Shown piece after piece: positions 9,674 to 19,360 of a DNA stretch of 43,494 nt. The DNA comes from Sandaracinaceae bacterium (lineage in GTDB: Bacteria; Myxococcota_A; Polyangia; Polyangiales; Sandaracinaceae). Below the pieces are notes generated by a model that was given only the letters and a program-made list of their open reading frames with translations, had not been told where the DNA came from and ran no database searches. How positions within the stretch are numbered: the first letter of the stretch is position 1; each line of letters begins with the position of its first letter. The stretch lies in contig JBGAQA010000056.1 in assembly GCA_044220955.1 (NCBI GenBank), positions 1 to 43,494 on the forward strand. Reading direction: 5' to 3'. The position numbers and the translations under genes were made by a program.

Positions 9674-9711
9674 GCCTTCGTCTTGGTGTCTTCCGGACGA
9701 AGGGGATTGGC

Positions 9712-10485
9712 ATGCGCAGGGTGATGGCGCTGTGGGCTTCGGTGGTTCTCGTGACCTTCCTGTCGGGGATCGCCATCGCCCAGGAGACCGGCACCACGGG
9801 GACCGGGACGACGGATGGGACCGGCGACGGCCTGGCCACGAGCACTCCTCCTTCTACGGGTGCGACCGGCGCGACGGCGGACGACGCGGACATGGACGCC
9901 GGCACCTACGCCGTTCGTCTTCGTGACCTCGAGCAGCGGATCAACGCGCTCAAGGAGCAGATCTTCGCCAGCAAGGCGCGTCTGTCACTGCTCGCCGAGA
10001 CCGTGCTGCAGGGGGTCGTCGCCGGCGCCCAGGCCGTGATCGTGCACGAGAACCGGATGTCGTCCTCTTATCGCCTCGTGAAGGCCGTCTACGCGCTGGA
10101 CGGCGCCCGGATCTTCTCGAAGGCGGACGAAGAAGGCTCGCTCGGCGATCAGCAGCAGTTCGAGGTCTACAACGGGAGCATCGTGCCCGGTGAGCACAAC
10201 GTGACCGTGAACCTCGAGTATCGAGGCAACGGCTACGGCATCTTCTCCTACCTCAAGGGCTACCGATTCCGCGTCCGATCGAGCCACTCTTTCTCGGTGC
10301 CCGAGGGTCGTACGATCACGATCCACGCCGTCGGCTACGAGAAGGGCGGCCCGACGGCGCCGCTCGAAGAGCGCCCTGCGGTGCAGTACTCGGAGACGGT
10401 GGAGGGTGCGACCACCGGCGGCGGCGACGATGCCGAAGCGCCGGCGGACACGTCTGACACCAGCGGCGGGTCAGGAGGCACGTGA
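9712..10485 (+). CDS. Secreted coiled-coil plus beta-sandwich protein, first gene of the Glt-like operon
   Basis: Signal peptide (AIA/QE), Thr/Gly linker, heptad segment LRDLEQRINALKEQ, beta-rich domain; stop overlaps the next start. Confidence 0.8.
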   Translation: MRRVMALWASVVLVTFLSGIAIAQETGTTGTGTTDGTGDGLATSTPPSTGATGATADDADMDAGTYAVRLRDLEQRINALKEQIFASKARLSLLAETVLQGVVAGAQAVIVHENRMSSSYRLVKAVYALDGARIFSKADEEGSLGDQQQFEVYNGSIVPGEHNVTVNLEYRGNGYGIFSYLKGYRFRVRSSHSFSVPEGRTITIHAVGYEKGGPTAPLEERPAVQYSETVEGATTGGGDDAEAPADTSDTSGGSGGT

Positions 10486-12974
10486 TGCGTCCTGCGCAGC
10501 CCGGAGGGAGGCTGCAAGCGGGACGCAGGGCCGAGCGCGCGCGTGCGCGGCCCGGGCTCGTTCCGCTGTGCCGGACCTTGCTCGCCGCGTTCGCGGCGTG
10601 CGCGGTGCCGAGCTCCGTCGGCGCGCAGGACCTCGAGTCGATCACGCGCGACGTGACGACGATCGAAGGCCAGGCGGACGCCCTGGTGCACGAGCCCCTG
10701 GCCGAGACCGCCCGGCAGAGCGCGACGCACGTCGAGGAGCGCCTGACCAATGGCGAGCTGTTCTACCGGCTCCAGGACTACGTCCGCGCGTCGATCATCT
10801 TCACCGACATCGTCGAGAACTACGCGTCGACGTCGTCCTTTCCCGATGCTCTCTTCCTCCTCGCCGACTCGCTCTTTCGCGCCGGGGACTACCTCGGGGC
10901 GCGCACCCGATTCCGGGAGATCATCTCCCACTCGGGGGAGGGTGGCTTCAGGGCGTACACGGAGCGTGCGCTCGGGCGGCTGATCGAGATCGCGATCCAC
11001 ACGAACGACTTCGATGGCGTCGACGACGTCTTCGCCCAGCTCAGTCGCCTGCCTCCTTCGGACATCGGCGCATCGACCGCGTACTTCCGCGCGAAGGCGC
11101 TCTACTCGCAGGCCGTGCCGACCGAGGACATCGTCGCGGCGATGGCCCCGCGTGGCGGCGAGACGCCCGACGCCTCCGCGGTCCTGGCCCGGATCGACAC
11201 GGCGCGCCTCGAGCAAGCGAGGGCAGGGTTCGAGTCGGTCGCCGAGGGCAGCCCGTATTACGGGCAGGCGCGCTACTTCATCGGCGTCATCTTCACGCTG
11301 CGCGAGCAGTACCCCCAGGCGATCGAAGCGTTCGCGCGCGTGCTGCGCAGCGAGGCGACGACGACGGAGGCGCAGGAGGTCGCGGAGCTGGCGCACCTCG
11401 CGCTCGGGCGCCTGTACTACGAGACCGATCAGCTCGACCAGGCGATCGAGGCCTATCAGGCCGTGCCGCGCACGAGCTCCAACTTCGACGTCGCGCTCTA
11501 CGAGATCGCGTGGGTCTACATCCGGCTCGGAGACTCCACGCGCGCGGAGCGTGCGCTCGAGGTGCTGGAGCTGGCGGCTCCCGACTCGCGCTTCATCCCC
11601 GATGCGCTCCTGCTCCGCGGCAACCTGCTGCTGCGCAACGGCCGCTACGCGGACGCACAGACCGTCTTCCAGCAGGTCCACTCGCAGTTCGGTCCGGTGC
11701 ACGAGGAGCTCGACCGGATGGCGAGCGACCACGACGCCGATCCGCGTGGCTACTTCCGTCAGCTGGTGCGGGACAACTTCACGGCGTTCGACGCGAACGC
11801 TTTCCTGCCCCCGCTGGCGCAGCGCTACGCGAGCCTCGAGGGCGACTGGGACCGCGCCATCGGCGTGCTCTCGGACCTCGCCCAGGCGCGGCAGATGGTC
11901 GAGGAGACCACGCAGCTCGTGCAGCGGCTCAGCCAGGCCGTCGATGCCCCGAACCACGTGGCGATCTTCGCGGATCTGCGGCGTCAGGCCGAGCGGGCGA
12001 CCGAGCTGCGGAACCGCGTCACGCGCTTGCGCCAGCAGCTCGTGCAGCTCGAGGAGCGTCGATCCGGAGGTGGCAGCCCGCAGCTGCAGGACGTGCGCGC
12101 GCGGCGACGGGAGATCGAGCGCTTCCTTTCGGAGATGCCGACGAGCGACGAGGACATCAGCCACCTCGATGACGACATCCTCAGCCGCTATTCGGCCATG
12201 TCTCGCGACCTGGCTCGCCTCGAGGTGGAGCTCTACGGCATGGAGGCGCGGGCCACGGCGATCGCGACGTACCTCGATCAGCTGCGGCAGCACGACCCGA
12301 GCCGGGATCCCGCGGCCGAGGCCGGCATGCGCCAGGAGCTCGCGAACCACCGGGCGTCGATCGAGGTGTATCGCCAGCAGATCCAGGCCTTCCGGATCGA
12401 GATCGAGACGCAGCGCCTCCAGGTCGGGGTCGGCGACGATCGCTACACCCGACAGGCGCGCCTGCGCGCGCAGTACGAGGAGCTCGTTCGTCAGGAGCAC
12501 GAGCTCGGCGGTGCGGACGATCCGGCGGTCGACCGCCTCTACCAGCGGATGAGCGCGCTCGAGACGACGCTGGACTCGCGCGAGAGCGCGGTGCGCGCCG
12601 CCGCCGATCAGCGGGCCGACGGGATCCGCTCCCAGCTCGTGACCGAGTCGTCGCGCATCGAGGGCTACCAGCAGGCGCTCACGCAGCTCGAGACCGAGGC
12701 CGAGGACGTCGTGGGGGCCGTGACGTACCAGAACTTCCTCGCCGTGCAGCGGCGCTTCTACGACCTCGTGCTCCGGTCCGACGTCGGCGACATCGACGTC
12801 GCCTGGGCCGTTCGCGAGGAGCACCGACGTCGCGTCGAGATGCTGACGCTCGATCGCACGCACGAGCTCCAGGCGCTCGACGACGAGTTCCGGGAGATCA
12901 CGGACGAGTCGCCCTCGACCCCGGCGGCGCCGGCGGAAGGCGACGGATCCGGAGAGACCGGAGGTCTCGAATGA
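10482..12974 (+). CDS. Periplasmic TPR plus coiled-coil protein (GltC/Nfs-like)
   Basis: Signal-like N-terminus (VGA/QD), several TPRs (ALFLLADSLF, LALGRLYY, ALYEIAWVY, ALLLRGNLL), long coiled-coil C-terminus. Homology is inferred from architecture and context. Confidence 0.75.
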   Translation: MMRPAQPGGRLQAGRRAERARARPGLVPLCRTLLAAFAACAVPSSVGAQDLESITRDVTTIEGQADALVHEPLAETARQSATHVEERLTNGELFYRLQDYVRASIIFTDIVENYASTSSFPDALFLLADSLFRAGDYLGARTRFREIISHSGEGGFRAYTERALGRLIEIAIHTNDFDGVDDVFAQLSRLPPSDIGASTAYFRAKALYSQAVPTEDIVAAMAPRGGETPDASAVLARIDTARLEQARAGFESVAEGSPYYGQARYFIGVIFTLREQYPQAIEAFARVLRSEATTTEAQEVAELAHLALGRLYYETDQLDQAIEAYQAVPRTSSNFDVALYEIAWVYIRLGDSTRAERALEVLELAAPDSRFIPDALLLRGNLLLRNGRYADAQTVFQQVHSQFGPVHEELDRMASDHDADPRGYFRQLVRDNFTAFDANAFLPPLAQRYASLEGDWDRAIGVLSDLAQARQMVEETTQLVQRLSQAVDAPNHVAIFADLRRQAERATELRNRVTRLRQQLVQLEERRSGGGSPQLQDVRARRREIERFLSEMPTSDEDISHLDDDILSRYSAMSRDLARLEVELYGMEARATAIATYLDQLRQHDPSRDPAAEAGMRQELANHRASIEVYRQQIQAFRIEIETQRLQVGVGDDRYTRQARLRAQYEELVRQEHELGGADDPAVDRLYQRMSALETTLDSRESAVRAAADQRADGIRSQLVTESSRIEGYQQALTQLETEAEDVVGAVTYQNFLAVQRRFYDLVLRSDVGDIDVAWAVREEHRRRVEMLTLDRTHELQALDDEFREITDESPSTPAAPAEGDGSGETGGLE

Positions 12975-15900
12975 GTGCGACCACCATGCTCCGCCTGACC
13001 TCCGCGATCACGCTCGCCGGGCTCGCCCTCGCGGCGTCGATGGCGCGCGCACAGGACGCGGGCGTCGGTCCTGCGGATGCGGGCGGGGTGCCCGGCCCGT
13101 CCGGTACGGATGCGGGGACCATCGCGCCGCCCTGGGCTCAGGCGACCGACGTCCCCTTGCCCGCGTTCCTCGACACCACCGACCGGCGCATTCGCGACGA
13201 TCGACCGCCGCCGACGCCCGAGCAGATCGCCGCCCTGCGCGAGATGGAGGCCGAGGCGGGCCGCTTCACGAAGGCGGGGGCCTCGTACCGCGGCGCGATC
13301 GACTCGATCCTGCGCCGCGAGTACCAGCGCCAGCGGCGCGAGCGCGAGCAGGGCTACGCGCGGCAGATCAGCGAGGAGGAGCGCCTGCAGACCGAGGCGC
13401 GCAACGACGCCATCGCGCGCTTCGAGCGCTTCGTGCGCGCCTATCCGAACGATCCCACCTACACGCCGGACGCGATGTTTCGCCTGGGCGAGCTGTACTA
13501 CGAGCGCGACGCCATCGCGTTCCAGGACGCGCAAGAGGACGCCGCCGCGGCGCTGGGTCATCCGGACTTCTCGGCGACGATCGGGATGTACCGGGATCTG
13601 GTCACCCGCTTTCCCGGCTACCGGCGTGCCGACGGTGTCTATTACCTGATCGGGTACTGCCTCAGCGAGATGGGCGAGATCGACGAGGCGGTCTCGGCCT
13701 GGCTCAACCTCGTCTGCGCCAACCACTTCCACTACACGGGCCCGCCGGCGCCGCCGACGGACACCGAAGAACCGGCGGAGGACACCTCGCTCGCGGCGGC
13801 CCATCCTTCCGGGACCCTGGACGTCGGGCCCGAGGCGGCACCCCCGCCGGACGTGTACGTCGATCCGTACCTCGACTGCACGCCGGTCCAGCCGGACGCC
13901 GAGTTCGTGAGCGAGACCTGGCTCCGCATCGGCGAGTACCACTTCGACTACGACCCGCAGCCGCACTTCCTCGACCGGGCGATCAGCGCCTACAACCACG
14001 TCCTGTCGGACCCGACCGACCACAACTACAACCTCGCGCTCTACAAGGTCGCGTGGGCGTACTACCGTGCGAGCCACTACCCCGAGGCCATCCACTACTT
14101 CTCCATGCTGGTGGACTGGTCGGACAACGAGCGTGAGCGCACCGGGCGCGCGGGCTCGGAGCTCCGCGCCGAGGCCATCCAGTACCTCGGCATCACCTTC
14201 GCGTACGACGACTGGGACGAGGACGGCATGCCGGACCCGATCACCGGGATCCAGCGCATCCAGGACGCGAGCCTGATGCCCCAGGACCGGCCGTGGACGC
14301 CGGAGGTGTACTTCCAGCTCGGCCAGACGTACTTCGACGAGGCGCACTACGACCTCGCGATCCAGGTCTGGCAGCTCGCGCTCTCGCGGTGGCCGATGAA
14401 CTTCCGCGCCGGCGAGATCCGGATGCAGGTCTCGCGCGCCTATGGCCGCCTCAACGACATCGCCCACCAGACCCAGACCGAGGACGAGATCGCGTCCATG
14501 GGGCAGGGCTCCGACTGGTGGAACGCGAACATGGATCACGCGCGGGAGCAAGAGGCCGTCGAGGAGCGCGCGCAGACCGCGCTCATCAACCAGGCCCTCC
14601 GGCTGCACCAGCGCGCGACCCACGACCGCCAGGAAGCGGTGCGCGAGCACGACGCGGCGCTGCTCCAGCAGGCCATCGCCGAGTACAACGAGGCGGCGGA
14701 GGCGTACCGGACGTTCATCCAGCGCTACCCCAACAGCCCGGACTCCTACACGCTCGAGTACAACCTCGCCGACGCCCTGTTCTGGTCGGAGCAGTACGAG
14801 GACGCGGCGCAGGCGTACGCGGCCGTCCGCGACTCGAACCTCGACGACCAGTACCTCTCGGAGTCCGCCCGTCGCGTGGTCGAGTCGCTCAAGCGCTTGC
14901 TCGACGCGGCCGCCGCGCGTCACGAGGTCGAGGTGCGCACCGAGCCGCCCGAGCCCGTCGACGGCGTCGTGACGCCGATCGAGATGCCCGAGCTGGTGCA
15001 GCGCGTCGCCCAGGCCCGCGAGGTGTACCTGGCGCGCGTGGACGAGGCGCACGACAGCGAGCACGTCCGTGGCGACTACCAGTACAACAACACGCTGCTC
15101 CTCTACTACTACGGCTACTGGGACCAGGCGCGCGACCGCTTCCGCGACCTCTACCTGACGCACTGCAGCGGCCCGCAGGGCTCCGAGGTCGGTCAGGTCG
15201 CCTGGCAGAACCTCTACAACATGGCGGTGTCGGCCAACGACTCGGCGGAGGTCCAGCGCCTCTCGCACGACGTGCTCGACCGCGGCTGCACGTTCACGGC
15301 GGACGGGTCCGCTCCGCAAGCCGTCTCGGACGCCGACTGCGCCTGTGGCACCGACAACCTCCCGCCGCGCTGCATCGCGCACTGCGGCATCACGGACGTC
15401 GAGTTCTCCGCGGCGAACGACCGCTACATGCAGTGCCGCGGCAGCACGCCGGACACCGACCTCTGCCCGCGCGACATCACCCCGACGCAGGTCACCTGCT
15501 ACGAAGAAGCGGCGACGATGTTCGTGACGGCGGTCAACGCCCACCCCAACCACGACCACGCGCCGCAGGCGCTCAACCAGGCGGCCATCGCGCTCGAGTG
15601 CACGAGCCGCTACGAGTCGGCCTCGCACCTCTACTCGCGTGTCATCGACGAGGTCGGGCCTCGCCAGGCGTCGGACGCGGTACCGCAGCAGGAGCTCGAC
15701 TCGATCCTCGCGACGGCCTACTTCCGCCTCGCCTACACGGCCAACAGGTTCTTCGACTACGATCGTGCGGTCCAGAACTACCGGACGCTCGCGGACTCGG
15801 CACGCTTCCAGCGGTCGACCGACCCGCAGATGCCGGGGCGACGGACCGACGCCCTCATCAACGCGGCCCGCATCCTCGAGTTCCAGCAGAACTACACCGA

Positions 15901-16894
15901 GGCCACGACGTACTACCGCCGCGTGACGGAGGCGCTCGCGAGCGCCTCCGATGCCGACAGCGTGTCGACGCGGCGAACGGCGTTCTATCGCATCGCCGAG
16001 ATGTCGTACTCGCGCCACGACTGGAACGCGACGATTCGCGACATGCAGGCGTTCATCGATCGCTATCGGGGTGACTCGGGCGCAGGCGAGCTCGTGGTCC
16101 AGGCCACGTGGCGCATCGCCCAGGCCCGCGAGCAGCAGCACGCGACCCAGTCGACGCTGACCGGCGCCCGCCAGGGGGTGGTCGACGCTTTCGCGCGGAG
16201 CGGGCAGGCGCCGGGCTCGATCGCCGCGGAGTACGCGGCGAACTCGAAGTTCCTGCTCGTCGATCCGGACGGTCAGGCCTTCGAGACGTTCACCATCAAC
16301 ACGACCCGCGGCGCGACCACCGAGGCCTACATCCACGGCATCGTCGCGCAGATCCAGTCGGGATCGTCGCGCGCGCAGACGGTGGCCCAGGAGTACGAGC
16401 CGATCATGGCGTACAACCGCCCGACCTGGACGGTGGCGGCGCTCGTCCGCCAAGGTCGGATCTACGAAGTGCTCGCGCACGCGATCGTCGCCGCTCAGCA
16501 CCCGCTGCCCGCTGACATCCAGCGACAGATCTCCCACGCGTCGGAGGACGTCCGGCTCGAGCTGCAGACCCAGTTCGACGACCGGATTCGGCAGGCGATG
16601 GAGCCGCAGATCGCCCCGGTCGAGTGCCTCGCCGTCGTGCGCTACGCTCTCGCCGCCCGCGCTGCGCGCGCTGGCTCACTCGACACCGAGTTCACCCGTC
16701 AGGCGATCGACCGGCTCCAGGCGTACGGCGACGACCGCATCGCGCAGTGTATCCAGGACCAGCGCACGCACGACTCGACCTTCGCGGCGTACACCCCCGG
16801 TGAGTTCACCCGAGCCCGCCCTGGCCGTACGGAGGGGATCGCGGACGACATCGGACCGCCGCCGCTGGCGCCAGCCTCGGGGGACGCGCCATGA
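12971..16894 (+). CDS. Large periplasmic TPR protein (GltD/AgmU-like)
   Basis: Signal peptide (ARA/QD), many TPRs (AMFRLGELYY, TWLRIGEYHF, ALYKVAWAYY, ELRAEAIQYL, VYFQLG), 1307 aa, ATGA coupling at both ends. Confidence 0.8.
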   Translation: MSATTMLRLTSAITLAGLALAASMARAQDAGVGPADAGGVPGPSGTDAGTIAPPWAQATDVPLPAFLDTTDRRIRDDRPPPTPEQIAALREMEAEAGRFTKAGASYRGAIDSILRREYQRQRREREQGYARQISEEERLQTEARNDAIARFERFVRAYPNDPTYTPDAMFRLGELYYERDAIAFQDAQEDAAAALGHPDFSATIGMYRDLVTRFPGYRRADGVYYLIGYCLSEMGEIDEAVSAWLNLVCANHFHYTGPPAPPTDTEEPAEDTSLAAAHPSGTLDVGPEAAPPPDVYVDPYLDCTPVQPDAEFVSETWLRIGEYHFDYDPQPHFLDRAISAYNHVLSDPTDHNYNLALYKVAWAYYRASHYPEAIHYFSMLVDWSDNERERTGRAGSELRAEAIQYLGITFAYDDWDEDGMPDPITGIQRIQDASLMPQDRPWTPEVYFQLGQTYFDEAHYDLAIQVWQLALSRWPMNFRAGEIRMQVSRAYGRLNDIAHQTQTEDEIASMGQGSDWWNANMDHAREQEAVEERAQTALINQALRLHQRATHDRQEAVREHDAALLQQAIAEYNEAAEAYRTFIQRYPNSPDSYTLEYNLADALFWSEQYEDAAQAYAAVRDSNLDDQYLSESARRVVESLKRLLDAAAARHEVEVRTEPPEPVDGVVTPIEMPELVQRVAQAREVYLARVDEAHDSEHVRGDYQYNNTLLLYYYGYWDQARDRFRDLYLTHCSGPQGSEVGQVAWQNLYNMAVSANDSAEVQRLSHDVLDRGCTFTADGSAPQAVSDADCACGTDNLPPRCIAHCGITDVEFSAANDRYMQCRGSTPDTDLCPRDITPTQVTCYEEAATMFVTAVNAHPNHDHAPQALNQAAIALECTSRYESASHLYSRVIDEVGPRQASDAVPQQELDSILATAYFRLAYTANRFFDYDRAVQNYRTLADSARFQRSTDPQMPGRRTDALINAARILEFQQNYTEATTYYRRVTEALASASDADSVSTRRTAFYRIAEMSYSRHDWNATIRDMQAFIDRYRGDSGAGELVVQATWRIAQAREQQHATQSTLTGARQGVVDAFARSGQAPGSIAAEYAANSKFLLVDPDGQAFETFTINTTRGATTEAYIHGIVAQIQSGSSRAQTVAQEYEPIMAYNRPTWTVAALVRQGRIYEVLAHAIVAAQHPLPADIQRQISHASEDVRLELQTQFDDRIRQAMEPQIAPVECLAVVRYALAARAARAGSLDTEFTRQAIDRLQAYGDDRIAQCIQDQRTHDSTFAAYTPGEFTRARPGRTEGIADDIGPPPLAPASGDAP

Positions 16895-18384
16895 TTCGGT
16901 CCATGCGCCTGACTCGCACGCTGGTGTGGATCGGAGCCCTGGTCGCCCTGGCGGGCGCGAGCGCGAGCGGATGCAACAACGGCAGCTCGTCTTCCTCGAC
17001 CGGACACGGGACCGCGAGCTCGAGCGGCGATGACTCGAGCGACGATGGCTCGTCGAGCGGTTCCTCGTCGAGCGACGACGGCCACGCCGAGCTCACCTCG
17101 CCTCCGGGGTCGCGCGATCCGATCGAGGACGATCACGCGTCCTCGTCGTCCGAGAGCAGCTCGTCGTCGAGCTCCACGCCGCCTCCGACGACCACGGCGT
17201 CATCGTCGAGCAGCTCGAGCACGACGCCCGCCGAGAGCCCCTGGGGACAGTCGGACGCGGACACGGGTCCGCCGCTGCCGCCACGCCACGCGATGAGCGG
17301 CTCGGCGGCGAGCAGCTTCCAGCAGGGGATGGACGCCGCATCGCGCGGGGACGCGACCGCGGCGCAGTCGGCCTTCCAGGCTGCGCTCTCGGCGGACTCG
17401 AGCGCGTTTCGTGCGGCGTACAACCTGGGCGTCCTGGCGGACCGTGCGGGCAACGAGGATCAGGCGCTCACGTACTACCGGCAGTCGCTTCGCATCCAGC
17501 CGGACTACGAGCTGGCGATCGAGGGCATCGTCACCATCTACCTGCGCCGCGGCGACGAGAGCGGCGCCGTCTCCTTCGTGCAGCCGCTGGCGACGCAGTA
17601 CGTCCGCAACCTGCGCGTCACCGCGATCTACGGCGAGGCGCTCGTGGCGGCCGGCCGCTTCGAGGAGGCGATCACCGCGGCGCGCGGCGCGCTGCGCCGT
17701 GACGAGCGCTTCGTGCCGGCCATGATCGTCCTCATCAAGGCCGCCCACGGCATGGGGCGCAACGAGCTCGCGAACTCGATCCTCGAGCAGGCGCTCGTCA
17801 TCGAGGCGGACAACGCCGAGCTGCACTACCTCAACGGCGTGCGCCTTCAGGAGAACAACCAGCTCGCTCAGGCGCTGCAGGAGTACCGGCGTGCGGTCGA
17901 GCTTCGTCCGGACTACGTCGATGCCCGAATGCGGCTCGGTCTGCAGCTCCTGGCCGGAGCGAACTACACGGACGCCGTACAGCAGTTCGACGCGGTGGCC
18001 CACCTGATCCCCGACAGCTACCAGGCGCACCTGAACCTCGGTGACGCCTACCGTGCCACCAAGCAGTACGACCTCGCGAAGCGTGAGTTCGACCGCGTCA
18101 TCCAGATGCGACCGAGCTACGCGCAGGTCCACTACGACCTCGGCCTGATGTACATGTCGCAGGCCGTCGATCTCACGGGTCAGGCGCAGGTCGACATGGA
18201 ACGGCAGGCGCAGGCCGAGTTCAGCGCGTATCGCTCGGGCATGGGCGCCTCGCTGCCTCGCGACGACCAGTCGCAGACCTATCTGGACGAGCTCGCCCGC
18301 CAGATCGAGCGCCAGCAGAAGGCGATCGACCGCGCTGCCGCGCGCGCGGCCAAGGCCGCCGCCGCCCCCGATGGAGGTACCTGA
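16891..18384 (+). CDS. TPR lipoprotein (GltE/AglT-like) with a Ser-rich tether
   Basis: Lipobox-like ASGC after a hydrophobic segment, poly-Ser linker, canonical TPRs (AAYNLGVLA, AHLNLGDAYR, VHYDLGLMY). Confidence 0.8.
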   Translation: MIRSMRLTRTLVWIGALVALAGASASGCNNGSSSSSTGHGTASSSGDDSSDDGSSSGSSSSDDGHAELTSPPGSRDPIEDDHASSSSESSSSSSSTPPPTTTASSSSSSSTTPAESPWGQSDADTGPPLPPRHAMSGSAASSFQQGMDAASRGDATAAQSAFQAALSADSSAFRAAYNLGVLADRAGNEDQALTYYRQSLRIQPDYELAIEGIVTIYLRRGDESGAVSFVQPLATQYVRNLRVTAIYGEALVAAGRFEEAITAARGALRRDERFVPAMIVLIKAAHGMGRNELANSILEQALVIEADNAELHYLNGVRLQENNQLAQALQEYRRAVELRPDYVDARMRLGLQLLAGANYTDAVQQFDAVAHLIPDSYQAHLNLGDAYRATKQYDLAKREFDRVIQMRPSYAQVHYDLGLMYMSQAVDLTGQAQVDMERQAQAEFSAYRSGMGASLPRDDQSQTYLDELARQIERQQKAIDRAAARAAKAAAAPDGGT

Positions 18385-18653
18385 TGTCGCGCTCCCTTCC
18401 GACGCTCGCGCTCGGTCTCGCGCTCGGTCTGTGCACGCTGCTTGCGGAGGCCTCGTCCGCGAGCGCGCAGACGAGCCACGCGCCGCGCGCGCCGCACGTC
18501 ATCACGCTCGACGAGTTCCGGATCGAGGGGCGCGTGCAGCGTCCGAACGCGTTCTACATCCTCAACCGCTCGAGCATCGGCTACGAGGTGCTCGATCTGC
18601 GGACGAGCTTCGTTCGCGAGATCATCCGCTCCGTCCGGGGCGAGCCGTTCTGA
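18384..18653 (+). CDS. Small secreted protein (GltF/CglF-like)
   Basis: Signal peptide (ASA/QT), then ITLDEFRIEGRVQRP..Y...R.......LRTSF...I..SV, matching the GltF-type 'IEG..xP' pattern; TGATG coupling. Confidence 0.72.
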   Translation: MSRSLPTLALGLALGLCTLLAEASSASAQTSHAPRAPHVITLDEFRIEGRVQRPNAFYILNRSSIGYEVLDLRTSFVREIIRSVRGEPF

Positions 18654-18684
18654 GCCAGCTCAGGGGTCGGCCGGGGTCCGCGCC

Positions 18685-19263
18685 GTGATCTCGGCGCTCG
18701 TCGTCGCCGCCTTCGATCTCGCCATCCTCTACGTCCTCGCGCAGCGCGCGCGCGAGGTCATGTTCGTCTGGCCGCTCGAGGCGGCGGTGATGCGGGCGGT
18801 GGCGCGCCGGGGTGCGGCTGGGCTCGAGGCGCTCGCGGAGGAGGGCGGGGCGTCCGCCCTCGGCGAGCTCGCGCGCGCGATCCGCGACGCGGAACCGGCG
18901 GATCGGCCCATCGCGATCGAGGACGCGCTCGCCACCGTCCGCGAGCGCGCGATCGACCGGCTGCTCTGGCTACGCGTGATGGCCCCGGCCGCATCGGGGC
19001 TGGGTCTCGCGGGCGCTGCGGCGCAGGCTGGCTGGGCGCGCCATCCGCCGGGCCTCTTGGCGCTCGATCCCGATCGGGTGATGGGGCTGGCCGCGAGCGA
19101 CGGGGCCCTCTGCCTCGCGCTGGGGATCGCCGGGTCCACGACCGCGCTCGGAGGCCTGTTCTTCCTCCGGAAGCGCGCCCTGGTCGTCGTCGCCGACGCC
19201 GAGCGCCTGGCCCAGCACGCCAGGGCGCTCGAGGTCGACGCGTGGACCCCGGCCGCGCGTTGA
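18685..19263 (+). CDS. Degenerate MotA/TolQ/ExbB-like three-TM membrane protein
   Basis: TM1, cytoplasmic helical domain, TM2 (LLWLRVMAPAASGLGLAG), TM3 (DGALCLALGIAGSTTALGGLFF). Spacing parallels ExbB/TolQ 'AP.LGL.GT' and 'EAL..TA.GL'. Start GTG 18685 is inferred. Confidence 0.55.
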   Translation: MISALVVAAFDLAILYVLAQRAREVMFVWPLEAAVMRAVARRGAAGLEALAEEGGASALGELARAIRDAEPADRPIAIEDALATVRERAIDRLLWLRVMAPAASGLGLAGAAAQAGWARHPPGLLALDPDRVMGLAASDGALCLALGIAGSTTALGGLFFLRKRALVVVADAERLAQHARALEVDAWTPAAR

Positions 19264-19360
19264 TGATAGGGTACGCCGAACGCGGAACTTCTCGCGAACG
19301 CCGATGTCCAACCGGGCCGAGCGCTCTCCCTCCGGGCGCCGGCACTCATAGGTACGACCG

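Noticed and set aside
16975..17230. Repeated TCGTCG/TCGAGC units as a possible tandem array or CRISPR
   Set aside because: These are Ser codons in a coding linker; there is no constant repeat-spacer structure and no cas gene.
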